A DNA stretch of 64,000 nucleotides from an uncultured Muribaculaceae bacterium (GTDB lineage: Bacteria; Bacteroidota; Bacteroidia; Bacteroidales; Muribaculaceae), in the NCBI GenBank assembly GCA_947628305.1, contig CANQZG010000016.1, positions 304 to 64,303 of the forward strand, in the 5' to 3' direction. Below the pieces are notes generated by a model. That model saw only the letters and a program-made list of their open reading frames with translations. It did no database searches and was not told the origin of the DNA. Position 1 is the stretch's first letter. Every line of letters starts with the position of its first letter. The position numbers were made by a program, and so were the translations under genes. Shown here piece by piece: positions 34,402 through 42,824 of this stretch.

Positions 34402-34418
34402 TTATGTCTTTATGATAT

Positions 34419-34913
34419 TCAATATCTCACACTGATTTTAGTGTTGCATACTTCAACATTGCCGACATATTTAGGAGTGGCATTATCATAATTCCCCTCT
34501 GTGTCACCATGATATATTTTCAAAATGAAGTCATTTTGAGGTATATTTTCAATGGTAAAAGATGCGTCTATCTCGCAACGACAGTCTGCACCATCGTAGG
34601 ACGGGTATTCAATTATTGTCATAATCCCCTCGTTATATGTTATTTTGACGTTCACCTGTCCGTAATCACAAGGATATTCAAGCGATGTGAATTTGCATTT
34701 GGCAATCTGACCTTCAAATATCATCTCAAAAGTGCCGTTGTTGTTTTCACTGCGATTTTCAGTGTTATCAATGTCCCGGTGCGACAGGCAATCGGTATTT
34801 ACAAGGTTGGAAATGTAGGGGTATTGAACGGCTATGTCTTCCATGCTTGAGCAAGAGTTCAATGCGATAAAAATGAAACTTATAGCCATGAGTTGAAAGA
34901 TTGAATGTTTCAT
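34419..34913 (-). CDS. Hypothetical Cys-rich lipoprotein
   Basis: 164 aa. Lipobox FIALNSCSS and several Cys pairs. Last gene of the sigma-barrel/CotH operon. Confidence 0.55.
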   Translation of the reverse strand: MKHSIFQLMAISFIFIALNSCSSMEDIAVQYPYISNLVNTDCLSHRDIDNTENRSENNNGTFEMIFEGQIAKCKFTSLEYPCDYGQVNVKITYNEGIMTIIEYPSYDGADCRCEIDASFTIENIPQNDFILKIYHGDTEGNYDNATPKYVGNVEVCNTKISVRY

Positions 34914-34925
34914 ATTGCCTGATTA

Positions 34926-36182
34926 TTACTTTTTGTTTATGGGCAAGTGGTTGTTGAACCATTCGATATTGCGTCTTAAAGCGTTCTTTATTCTGTCCGC
35001 TCTTACTCGTGCTGTCTGCGTCGGGTCTTCATTCCACCTTTCGCAATCATTTTCCCAAGCCTCGGCAAGGGGCAAGACGGTTGCATCAATGTAGTCGTAT
35101 ATCTCGGAAAGTTGATGTGGGTAAACATCGCCCCAAATTGATTTTACCGATTGGCAGAAACTATCATATTGGATTATCTCTCCAATCCAATGGGGGGTAA
35201 AGCCATAATGGACTTTCATCCTGAATGTGTAGTCAGTCTTTTCGCGGTTGTAGCACACCAAATCCCAAATCGGTCCGGCAATCCATTTGGCATTGTCGCC
35301 CATATCCTTGTGAAGATAGAAACTGCCGTGAAAACCGTCCGGGTTGTCCATAACTTCCTGCAATATAAAAAAACGGGCCATGTTTTCAACATCAATATAT
35401 TCTTCCCATTCGGTCGAAGCCTTGTCTTTGGAATATATTGCTGCATTTATTGACGTGAATTCGTTAGTGAGCCATTGCAACTGAGGATTGGACAGATTTT
35501 CCGGTGAATGGTAACGGAGAGTCAGGTTCCATCTACCACATTCGGGAATCGTAATCTGGCACACATCGTGGTAGTTGTCAACTTCCACAAGCCACCCTCC
35601 CTTTATAAATTCGGGATTGGTTTCCTTGTCCGGCTGTTCATAGATATTCACTCGGTTTTCATCTATGCGGATTGTTTCAGTAAGGAAATACAATCCTATA
35701 TAATCTCCGTTCAATACGACTTCGACCGGGCGAAAACTCGGAGTCCACGCCATATCCATCAGCTTGCCCAACTGTAATCCTGCAACAGTGTTTTCGGTTG
35801 GTTTGAGCAATGCCCAATGCTTGTTTTTAGGCATACCCATCAAGGCTGTCTTTTTACCGAGTTTGATTTTGTATGGCTTCTTAACGCCTTTCCATGATGA
35901 ATGGCCTCTCCCTCTGATTTGCATAGGCAACGGGGCGGTTTCTGTGCCGAGTGGTTCAATGTCCTCTGCACGCATAGGGTCAAGCCAATATGAGGCGTTG
36001 AGATATTCCTCTTTGGAAATAATCGGTTGGCGGTTTTCAGTTTCGATATACAGAACAGGCAATGTGCCGGATACCGATACGGTGGATTGAGATGGCGGTG
36101 CGGTCGCTTCTATGTCATCCTTGCAGGAGGCAAACATTAGAGCAAGCAATAAGTAGCTGATTTTGATGATTATGCGATGCAT
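34926..36182 (-). CDS. CotH-family (atypical kinase fold) secreted lipoprotein
   Basis: 418 aa. Lipobox MFASCKDD. MQIRGRGHSSWKGVKKPYKIKLGKKTALMGMPKNKHWALL and DNPDGFHGSFYLHKD are typical of CotH. Confidence 0.7.
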   Translation of the reverse strand: MHRIIIKISYLLLALMFASCKDDIEATAPPSQSTVSVSGTLPVLYIETENRQPIISKEEYLNASYWLDPMRAEDIEPLGTETAPLPMQIRGRGHSSWKGVKKPYKIKLGKKTALMGMPKNKHWALLKPTENTVAGLQLGKLMDMAWTPSFRPVEVVLNGDYIGLYFLTETIRIDENRVNIYEQPDKETNPEFIKGGWLVEVDNYHDVCQITIPECGRWNLTLRYHSPENLSNPQLQWLTNEFTSINAAIYSKDKASTEWEEYIDVENMARFFILQEVMDNPDGFHGSFYLHKDMGDNAKWIAGPIWDLVCYNREKTDYTFRMKVHYGFTPHWIGEIIQYDSFCQSVKSIWGDVYPHQLSEIYDYIDATVLPLAEAWENDCERWNEDPTQTARVRADRIKNALRRNIEWFNNHLPINKK

Positions 36183-36270
36183 AGTTATACATTATTGGGT
36201 TTTGTTAATTTTACCGTATAGATGAAATAATACCCCAAAGACTGCATAAAGATAACAGAATTTCGTCAAA

Positions 36271-37812
36271 TTACCATGTCAGCCTTAACCCTATAGGTAT
36301 GGAAAACTCAACGGGTTTGTCCTGTCGGATTGTATTGATATCCGAACCGGGATTGAAATAATACTTGAACGATGGTTCGGCGTATATGCTGAACGATGGC
36401 GTGAAATGGTACTGAATTCCCAAACCTCCTTCTACCGACCATTGCACCGACGCATGGATATTGATTGTGGTGTTGGTGGGATTGCCCCATTGCGGAGAAT
36501 GCTCCATTATCGACTGACTGCCGTTGACGGGAATATCCAGCGCGCCGCCACCTTGTCCGTACAATGAGAATTCATTATAGGTGAATATTAGATAGTTGAG
36601 TTTAAACGGAATACCGATATAATGTATTCGCTGAATGGTTTCTTTGTCTATCACTTTGCTTTGAGAAAGGATGTCTGACCGTAGGAATGTATAACGGATG
36701 CCCGTTTCCACGCTCCAACGAGAGGTAAGTGACCTATTGATAGATAGGCCAATCACCAACGGCATATAATGACGTGTCTTCTCCGTGACTTCGATTTCGC
36801 CGGCGGGACCTTCCACATCGGGCAGGGTAGGATTAGGTATTCTATAATGATTTATTTCGTTTTGTTCAAGGCTGCCTGCGTATGCCAGCGACAATGACCA
36901 ATCAGGATTTTCGGATTGTTGGGTAGAGAGGTAATTTTCCTGTGCAATAAGTTCTTCCCGGTTAATGATATTCGGAATTACCCTTATGGAGTCATTGGTA
37001 ATACTGTCATTCTTAACAGCAGGGATACTGTCGATTGTGATTGGTCTCTCGGCTATATTCCGTTGCGTGTTATGATGTCGTATTGTCTTGTAAATCATTT
37101 TAGAATTTGGCACGATGCTGTCAGCAGGAGAATTGCCGTTATTTATAGAATCGGTAACAGCCGGTGTCTCTTTTTCGGCATTTTTGCTTATTATCGGGAT
37201 TGACGGAGTATCTTCACGATGTTTGAACAGGCAATGCCAGATAAGCAGTATAATTCCAAGGATAGACAGAATACCCATCTCCACACGATATTGCGTAATC
37301 AAACGTCGCAGCATAGCTTTTGCGCGGGTTAGTTGTGAAGATGACGAATGAGGAGCGATGCCAAGCAACGCGGCGATTTCTTTATGCGAAAGTCCATCAA
37401 GAACAGCAAGCCGAAAGACTTTGCCGTAACCATCAGGCAATTTGTCGATTATTTTGTCCAGTTCTTCCCAAGTCAGTTCACGTGCGTTCTCAGCGGAGGC
37501 AACGGAATTATCCGCGGTTGCAGTATCCGACATGGGTACAGAAATGTGGCTTGCTTCATCTTTAAGATATTGGAGTGACAGGTTTTTCATTATGGATGTT
37601 AGCCAGGCCTCTATTCTCACTCCATTTTTGAGAGAGCCTATTGATGTGAAGGCAATCAGAAAACCGTCATGCAGTATATCTTGTTCTGTATCAACATTAT
37701 GAATATAATACGCCACAACCTCACGCATGGGCGCAAGATAAGTCTGATAGAGAATCCCGAAGGCTTCTCTATCTCCTGATTGGCATTGTTTGACAAGCTG
37801 TACTTTGTCCAT
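36271..37812 (-). CDS. ECF sigma-70 domain fused through one TM helix to an outer-membrane-type beta-barrel domain
   Basis: 513 aa from ATG 37812 (MDKVQLVKQCQSGDREAF). Sigma region 2 (DILHDGFLIAF), region 4 (LPDGYGKVFRLAVLDGLSHKEIAALLGIAPHSSSSQLTRAKAMLRR), TM (MGILSILGIILLIWHCLF), a Ser/Asn/Ile-rich linker, and a C-terminal barrel-like domain (WSLSLAYAGS..GGLGIQYHFTPSFSIYAEPSFKYYF..IPIGLRLTW). Confidence 0.7.
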   Translation of the reverse strand: MDKVQLVKQCQSGDREAFGILYQTYLAPMREVVAYYIHNVDTEQDILHDGFLIAFTSIGSLKNGVRIEAWLTSIMKNLSLQYLKDEASHISVPMSDTATADNSVASAENARELTWEELDKIIDKLPDGYGKVFRLAVLDGLSHKEIAALLGIAPHSSSSQLTRAKAMLRRLITQYRVEMGILSILGIILLIWHCLFKHREDTPSIPIISKNAEKETPAVTDSINNGNSPADSIVPNSKMIYKTIRHHNTQRNIAERPITIDSIPAVKNDSITNDSIRVIPNIINREELIAQENYLSTQQSENPDWSLSLAYAGSLEQNEINHYRIPNPTLPDVEGPAGEIEVTEKTRHYMPLVIGLSINRSLTSRWSVETGIRYTFLRSDILSQSKVIDKETIQRIHYIGIPFKLNYLIFTYNEFSLYGQGGGALDIPVNGSQSIMEHSPQWGNPTNTTINIHASVQWSVEGGLGIQYHFTPSFSIYAEPSFKYYFNPGSDINTIRQDKPVEFSIPIGLRLTW

Positions 37813-37884
37813 TGAATATATAGATGGACAGCACCCCAAAAGACTGCATCAAGTAGGGATAAAAGTTTTTGATATTTTCTGTTT

Positions 37885-40365
37885 TCAGTTGTTCAATGTG
37901 ATTTGGCTTTGGGGTGGGATTGTGACGCGTTTTTGGATGTTGCCGTCAGGGGTGATTGTTGTGACAGTTACTTTGGCGGTCGCTTTTCCGTTGTTTTTGA
38001 TTGTCAGGGCGGCGGGGTTGCCGGGGGCTTGGGTGACGGTGATGTTGTCGCCCTTGATAAATGTTTTAAGGGTATGTCCTATCGAGTTGTTTTGGGCGAC
38101 GGTAAATGTCGCCGATGATTTATTGTCGGAGATATCGGTGGGGGCGGCGAATATCGGTGCGCCTAAGGGGCACTCAATTCCTGAAAGATGACAGACGCTG
38201 TCACCTCTGAAGTTTGCGAGGAATAGGTAGAACGAGCCATCGGGGTCGGGCGCGACTACGCCGTTCCATCCGTCAGGCAGGGACTGGGCGAGCGGGCGCA
38301 TGTCACGCGAGAGGTTACGTGTGGTGGCTGCATCGATATCGCTGTAGTATGTCACGTTACGTCGGTCGATTGTCTCTCCGGGGTTGAACGGGCGTCTTTC
38401 GGTTGAGTGGGATGGGTATAGTTTAGCAGTCCATATCGAGTTGTTTAGCGAGCGGTCGCCGAATGCCATTCTCTTATCGCTGATGGAGACGATGCCAAGC
38501 GCGTTGTCAATGTTGACATAATCGGTGTTGAGTGTTATTTTGTCCTTGTCATCAGACTTGACGTGCAGTCCGTCACCGTAATATAGGGTGCGGTTCTCAC
38601 TTGTAAACGGGTCGGTGCTGATTGCCATGAGTCCCCCTTTCTCGGCTGTGATGACCCCCTCGCGGTTGGTCGTCACGCAGTCGAGGTAGATGAATGCGTT
38701 GCCCGGGGTGGAATATATCGCGAAACGGTTGTTGAGGGTCGAGTCATTGGTGTTGATTTCACCGTTCATTGTGTAGGCGTTACCCTCCAGATGGTATATT
38801 CCGCTGACTACAGGTTTGGCATTGACTTTCGTCCCCTCTGCTTCATACCATCCGAGGATATTCCCCGTGTTGTTGGCGCGGTAGGGAACTATTATTTTGG
38901 CGTTGTCGGCGTTGTTGGGGGTGATATATCCGGTGTAGCTTTTAAGACCGTCGCTCCATGAGAAACAGCTGAAGCGGTCGGGGGTGGATGCCCGCACAAT
39001 GTTCTGTGATTTCAGAAGCCGGGCATCGGAATGGCGGAGATTGAAGTCGTGCCATTCGGTGGGGGATAGCTTGGCTGTTGACAGATAATGGTGCATCAGC
39101 CACGTCATCATGACGCGGTGTCCCTGGACACCCATTCGTCGTGCGCCCACGTCGGGGTTCTGCAGCCATGAGCCGTTGGCCGTGGTGTTCTGACGCGTCT
39201 TTATGGCACGGTATGCAAGGTTTTCAAGCATCAGCGCGTCGGGGTCGCGCAGGAAGCAAGCCATAGTGGAGTAGGACGTGATTTGGTCGAACAGGAACAG
39301 ACTCCAGTCATTGCCGTTGGGCATCGCGAGTTCACCGTCGGCGAGCGCGAGCCAGTTCAGTACATCGGTCATGACGCGTTGGTTATTGTGCATGAGCGCA
39401 TTGGTCGCCCATCTCTCCTTGCCGTGTATACCGAGCTGGAATATTTTCAGGGCAAGCGCGGCCTCGCCGAGTTCCTGCATCACTACGTTCTGATAACTTG
39501 TGTGGAACAAGTTGTGATTCTGGAGGGTATAGTCGTCATATAGGTTCTGTCCCCGGTAAAGGTCGGTGACTCTCACGCTGTCACGTGACGGGTCGATGAT
39601 TGTAAGGTCCCGGGCATCGTCAGGATGGGAATAGCTGTTAATGGCGAATTCCCGTAGTCGTTCAAACCACCGGGGCGCAAGAGGGTCATCGGGAAACAGA
39701 CCGAGCGTGACGGCGAGCACGTCGGCTTCCCATCCGTTCTCCTCGGCCTTGGTGTCTCCGTCGAACCCTGTGGGGATTGTCCTTTCAAGTTCATAGTTGC
39801 ATTCGGCCTTTAACATTGTCTCGATGTGTCTTTTTTGCCTTTCGGTGAGGCTGTCCCACTGGAAGAATGCCGAATAGGCCACCGACATCGCCCACAGCGA
39901 GGATTCCCACACATGGTCATTGACCGAGACGGAACCCCAGTGGTTGTCACCGATACATTTTTTAAGACGGTTGGCCTTGTGGGTCGAGTAGGCGAATACG
40001 AGCGATTTGCGGGCCATTGATTCTATGTCGTCCCATGACACGTCGGCAGGTAGGGTCACTTTGCCTTTGGCATGCCTGGCAAGGAATGCGCAGAGCATTG
40101 ACATGTCGGCGTTAGGTCTGACCCCGCGTTCATCGTTGGCCATGGTGTGTTCCCCCTTGAAGCAACCGCATTCGTCACCTTCGGAGTTAGGCGTGTCGCA
40201 GTCGATGAAATCGTTCTTCATGTAAAGGGAGAAGTCGGCGAGCATCTGTAACAGTCCGTCCTGCATTTCAGGTTCGGGTACAAATCGGTTGCTCGTTGAC
40301 ACGGCTGATGCCGTGAATGAAAACGACAGGGTGATAATGAATAGAAATGATTTTATAATGTTCAT
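37885..40365 (-). CDS. Secreted 826-aa protein, possibly a polysaccharide-lyase/heparinase II-III-like alpha/alpha toroid plus beta-sandwich
   Basis: Signal peptide MNIIKSFLFIITLSFSFTASA from ATG 40365. Helical N-terminal half with LQNHNLFHTSYQNV (an N-H..Y arrangement reminiscent of lyases) and a beta-rich C-terminal half. Function not established. Confidence 0.35.
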   Translation of the reverse strand: MNIIKSFLFIITLSFSFTASAVSTSNRFVPEPEMQDGLLQMLADFSLYMKNDFIDCDTPNSEGDECGCFKGEHTMANDERGVRPNADMSMLCAFLARHAKGKVTLPADVSWDDIESMARKSLVFAYSTHKANRLKKCIGDNHWGSVSVNDHVWESSLWAMSVAYSAFFQWDSLTERQKRHIETMLKAECNYELERTIPTGFDGDTKAEENGWEADVLAVTLGLFPDDPLAPRWFERLREFAINSYSHPDDARDLTIIDPSRDSVRVTDLYRGQNLYDDYTLQNHNLFHTSYQNVVMQELGEAALALKIFQLGIHGKERWATNALMHNNQRVMTDVLNWLALADGELAMPNGNDWSLFLFDQITSYSTMACFLRDPDALMLENLAYRAIKTRQNTTANGSWLQNPDVGARRMGVQGHRVMMTWLMHHYLSTAKLSPTEWHDFNLRHSDARLLKSQNIVRASTPDRFSCFSWSDGLKSYTGYITPNNADNAKIIVPYRANNTGNILGWYEAEGTKVNAKPVVSGIYHLEGNAYTMNGEINTNDSTLNNRFAIYSTPGNAFIYLDCVTTNREGVITAEKGGLMAISTDPFTSENRTLYYGDGLHVKSDDKDKITLNTDYVNIDNALGIVSISDKRMAFGDRSLNNSIWTAKLYPSHSTERRPFNPGETIDRRNVTYYSDIDAATTRNLSRDMRPLAQSLPDGWNGVVAPDPDGSFYLFLANFRGDSVCHLSGIECPLGAPIFAAPTDISDNKSSATFTVAQNNSIGHTLKTFIKGDNITVTQAPGNPAALTIKNNGKATAKVTVTTITPDGNIQKRVTIPPQSQITLNN

Positions 40366-40420
40366 GGTGGGACAAAGGTAATAAAAAACGAGGATGTTGA
40401 ACACATCCTCGTCTCTGATT

Positions 40421-42034
40421 TTACCACATTGCTTCGTGGAATTTCTTTGGTCTCTCCATCAGTTGACGGTAGACGCGGCCATAACCGTCGGTCACTTTTA
40501 TGTCAAGGGTCGAGGTAGGCGATTTTGCCTTGACCTTGAACAGATGGGTGGTGATGGCTGTCAGGCCACCCTTTGACGGTTTTTTACCTGTCGCCATCTG
40601 ATTGCAGTTATAGGAGAGGGCGTGTAGCGGGTCGTATGATGCAAGACGTATCACCGATAGTGGTTTGCCATTTTCAGTCACTTCAATCCTCCATGACGGG
40701 TCATAGTTGAACACATTGATTAGAACCTCGTTGTCGGTGCGCGGGGTCATATATCCCATACTGTATTTTTTCAACGCCACGGGGTCGGCGATTTTGGTCG
40801 AGTCAACGTATGTTGTGTTCATATCGTAGGCCCGGAACTGATAATCTGCCGGGAAATCATAACACTTATAGTAGGCTCGCTCGATTTGGTCGCCGTCCAT
40901 GAGGATTACAAGGTAACCCGCCGGAGAACCGTCACGGCATATATGATTGCCTGAAAGGGCATCGGTATACCAGAATGTACCGCATATTGACGGGATATTG
41001 TGCTCGATGCCGTTTCCACCTTTCAGGGGTATGTTGTTTATGACGTGGGAATGCCCCGAAAGCACCCTGACGTTTGAGAACCCCTTGAGACATTCCTCAA
41101 ACCCCTCGCCGTCGGGTAGACGGTATCGCGCGGGCATTAGCGAGCGGTCTACGTGGAACAGCGGGGCATGCATCGACACTATCAGCGGTGCTGACTTGTC
41201 TTTCACGGTCGCGAGGTCTTTCTTGAACCAATCCATGACATGCTTGGTGAAATCGACACGGAACGTCCGGCTTCCCATTGTGTCGGGTGTCGCCCCGTGG
41301 CTGTCGTAGATGATGTTGTCGAGCACGACATAATGTGCCTCGCCGATGTTGAACGAGTAGTAAATCGGGCCGAACTCGCGTTCAAACGTTTTCTCCGCCT
41401 CACGGTCGGTGTTGAAATAGGGATTATTGTCATGGTTTCCCATCAGGTGATACAGGGGCATATCGATGGCTTGTTCTATTATCTTGACCTTGGCCGGACT
41501 CATGTCGCGTGAACGCCAGTGCTGGTCCCATGTCAGGTCGCCAAGGTCGATTCCTTCCACATGATATCCGGCTGCACGGAGTGAGTCGGCTGTGGCGTTG
41601 ATGTCCTTGACAAACACGGCATATTGTTCCAGGTCTCCGTTGCGACGTGTCAGGTGTTTATCGGAAGTGGCGATGAACGCATGTTTGCGGTCGGTCACCT
41701 TTTTTAATTCGAAGTCCACTGTCTCGGTCTTGTCGGTGGATTCGGTCAACGGTTTCCAGAATACAGGTGTGTTGCCATCCATTGGTGGCGAGTAACCTCC
41801 CGGAGTCGAGACGAATACATATCCGTTCTCTTTTTTTGACGGGAGTTTATAACACCCTTTGCTGTCGGTCACTGCAAGTTCATATCCGTCGGAGACGACC
41901 ACTCCCGCGATTCCTTTCCCCTCGGCGGTCACTCTCCCTGTGACGGATGCCTTTACGCCTTTGCCCTCGGCCTGTATCGCTGTCGTAAACAGCGCGAGTG
42001 ACATCAGTGCGATATTCAATAGTTTTCTGTTCAT
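40421..42034 (-). CDS. Calcineurin-like metallophosphoesterase with an N-terminal CarboxypepD_reg-like domain
   Basis: Signal peptide from ATG 42034 (MNRKLLNIALMSLALF). GRVTAEGKGIAGVVVSDGYELAVTDSKGCY. Phosphoesterase motifs DKH, GDLTWD, GNHDNN and SGHSH. Confidence 0.75.
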   Translation of the reverse strand: MNRKLLNIALMSLALFTTAIQAEGKGVKASVTGRVTAEGKGIAGVVVSDGYELAVTDSKGCYKLPSKKENGYVFVSTPGGYSPPMDGNTPVFWKPLTESTDKTETVDFELKKVTDRKHAFIATSDKHLTRRNGDLEQYAVFVKDINATADSLRAAGYHVEGIDLGDLTWDQHWRSRDMSPAKVKIIEQAIDMPLYHLMGNHDNNPYFNTDREAEKTFEREFGPIYYSFNIGEAHYVVLDNIIYDSHGATPDTMGSRTFRVDFTKHVMDWFKKDLATVKDKSAPLIVSMHAPLFHVDRSLMPARYRLPDGEGFEECLKGFSNVRVLSGHSHVINNIPLKGGNGIEHNIPSICGTFWYTDALSGNHICRDGSPAGYLVILMDGDQIERAYYKCYDFPADYQFRAYDMNTTYVDSTKIADPVALKKYSMGYMTPRTDNEVLINVFNYDPSWRIEVTENGKPLSVIRLASYDPLHALSYNCNQMATGKKPSKGGLTAITTHLFKVKAKSPTSTLDIKVTDGYGRVYRQLMERPKKFHEAMW

Positions 42035-42038
42035 TATT

Positions 42039-42818
42039 TCAATAATTAAAGACTTCATTCAACAGACGTGCCAGGCGGTAACCTGCCAGGACTATGCGCT
42101 TATGTGCGATTTTCTCGGCCTCCAACTGGAATGCGAATGTCTGCGGGCGGTCATATATGCGACCGTTCTCAAACCAGTCGTAGGTCGCTGTTATGGCTTT
42201 ACCTGACTCTGTCACCCAGTCGGCAGGATTACCGGAGGCCATGCGCTCACGTTCGGTATCACTGTATCGGTCGAGCTGATGGGCGAACTCGGTGTAATGC
42301 CACGGGTGATGTGACAGACAGTCCTGGTCCCAGAAGTGGTGAACCTCCGATGGCTGTCCGTCAAGTATAAACTTGGTCCCTTTCTGGTCATATCCTTTGT
42401 AGAACGCATGTCCGGGGCAGTGCATATCGCCGACAAGATGTACGATGAGTTTTATATTTGTGGCAACGGCCGAGTCCGTCAGGTTCCTGTGGTTGCGAAG
42501 ATAGGCCATCGTTGTATTGACCCCTTCGACCGAATCGCGTTTCTTGCTCGGGGTGTAGTTGCCGAGCGAGTCCACGTCAGACGCATGCCATCGGCTTGAA
42601 TGTCTATATTCGGGAGTCCAGCGCACCATGTCCGTCCATGATGCATAATACACGATAGAATGATTGTCGAGATAACGCTCTATGTTGGCCTTGGCCCGCG
42701 GTGTAAGATGTCGCTCGGCGATATAGGCGATGGCGTCATGGCCGAGACGTCCCCATGCTCCCGCCGTCAGGCTTGCCATGACGACGGTGCATGCGGTCAG
42801 TAGATATTTCAGATTCAT
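42039..42818 (-). CDS. S1/P1-family nuclease (secreted)
   Basis: 259 aa. The mature N-terminus WGRLGHDAIAYIAERHL (Trp1 zinc ligand), WHASD, HLVGDMHCPGH and HHFWD are typical of S1/P1. Confidence 0.85.
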   Translation of the reverse strand: MNLKYLLTACTVVMASLTAGAWGRLGHDAIAYIAERHLTPRAKANIERYLDNHSIVYYASWTDMVRWTPEYRHSSRWHASDVDSLGNYTPSKKRDSVEGVNTTMAYLRNHRNLTDSAVATNIKLIVHLVGDMHCPGHAFYKGYDQKGTKFILDGQPSEVHHFWDQDCLSHHPWHYTEFAHQLDRYSDTERERMASGNPADWVTESGKAITATYDWFENGRIYDRPQTFAFQLEAEKIAHKRIVLAGYRLARLLNEVFNY

Positions 42819-42824
42819 TGCAGG

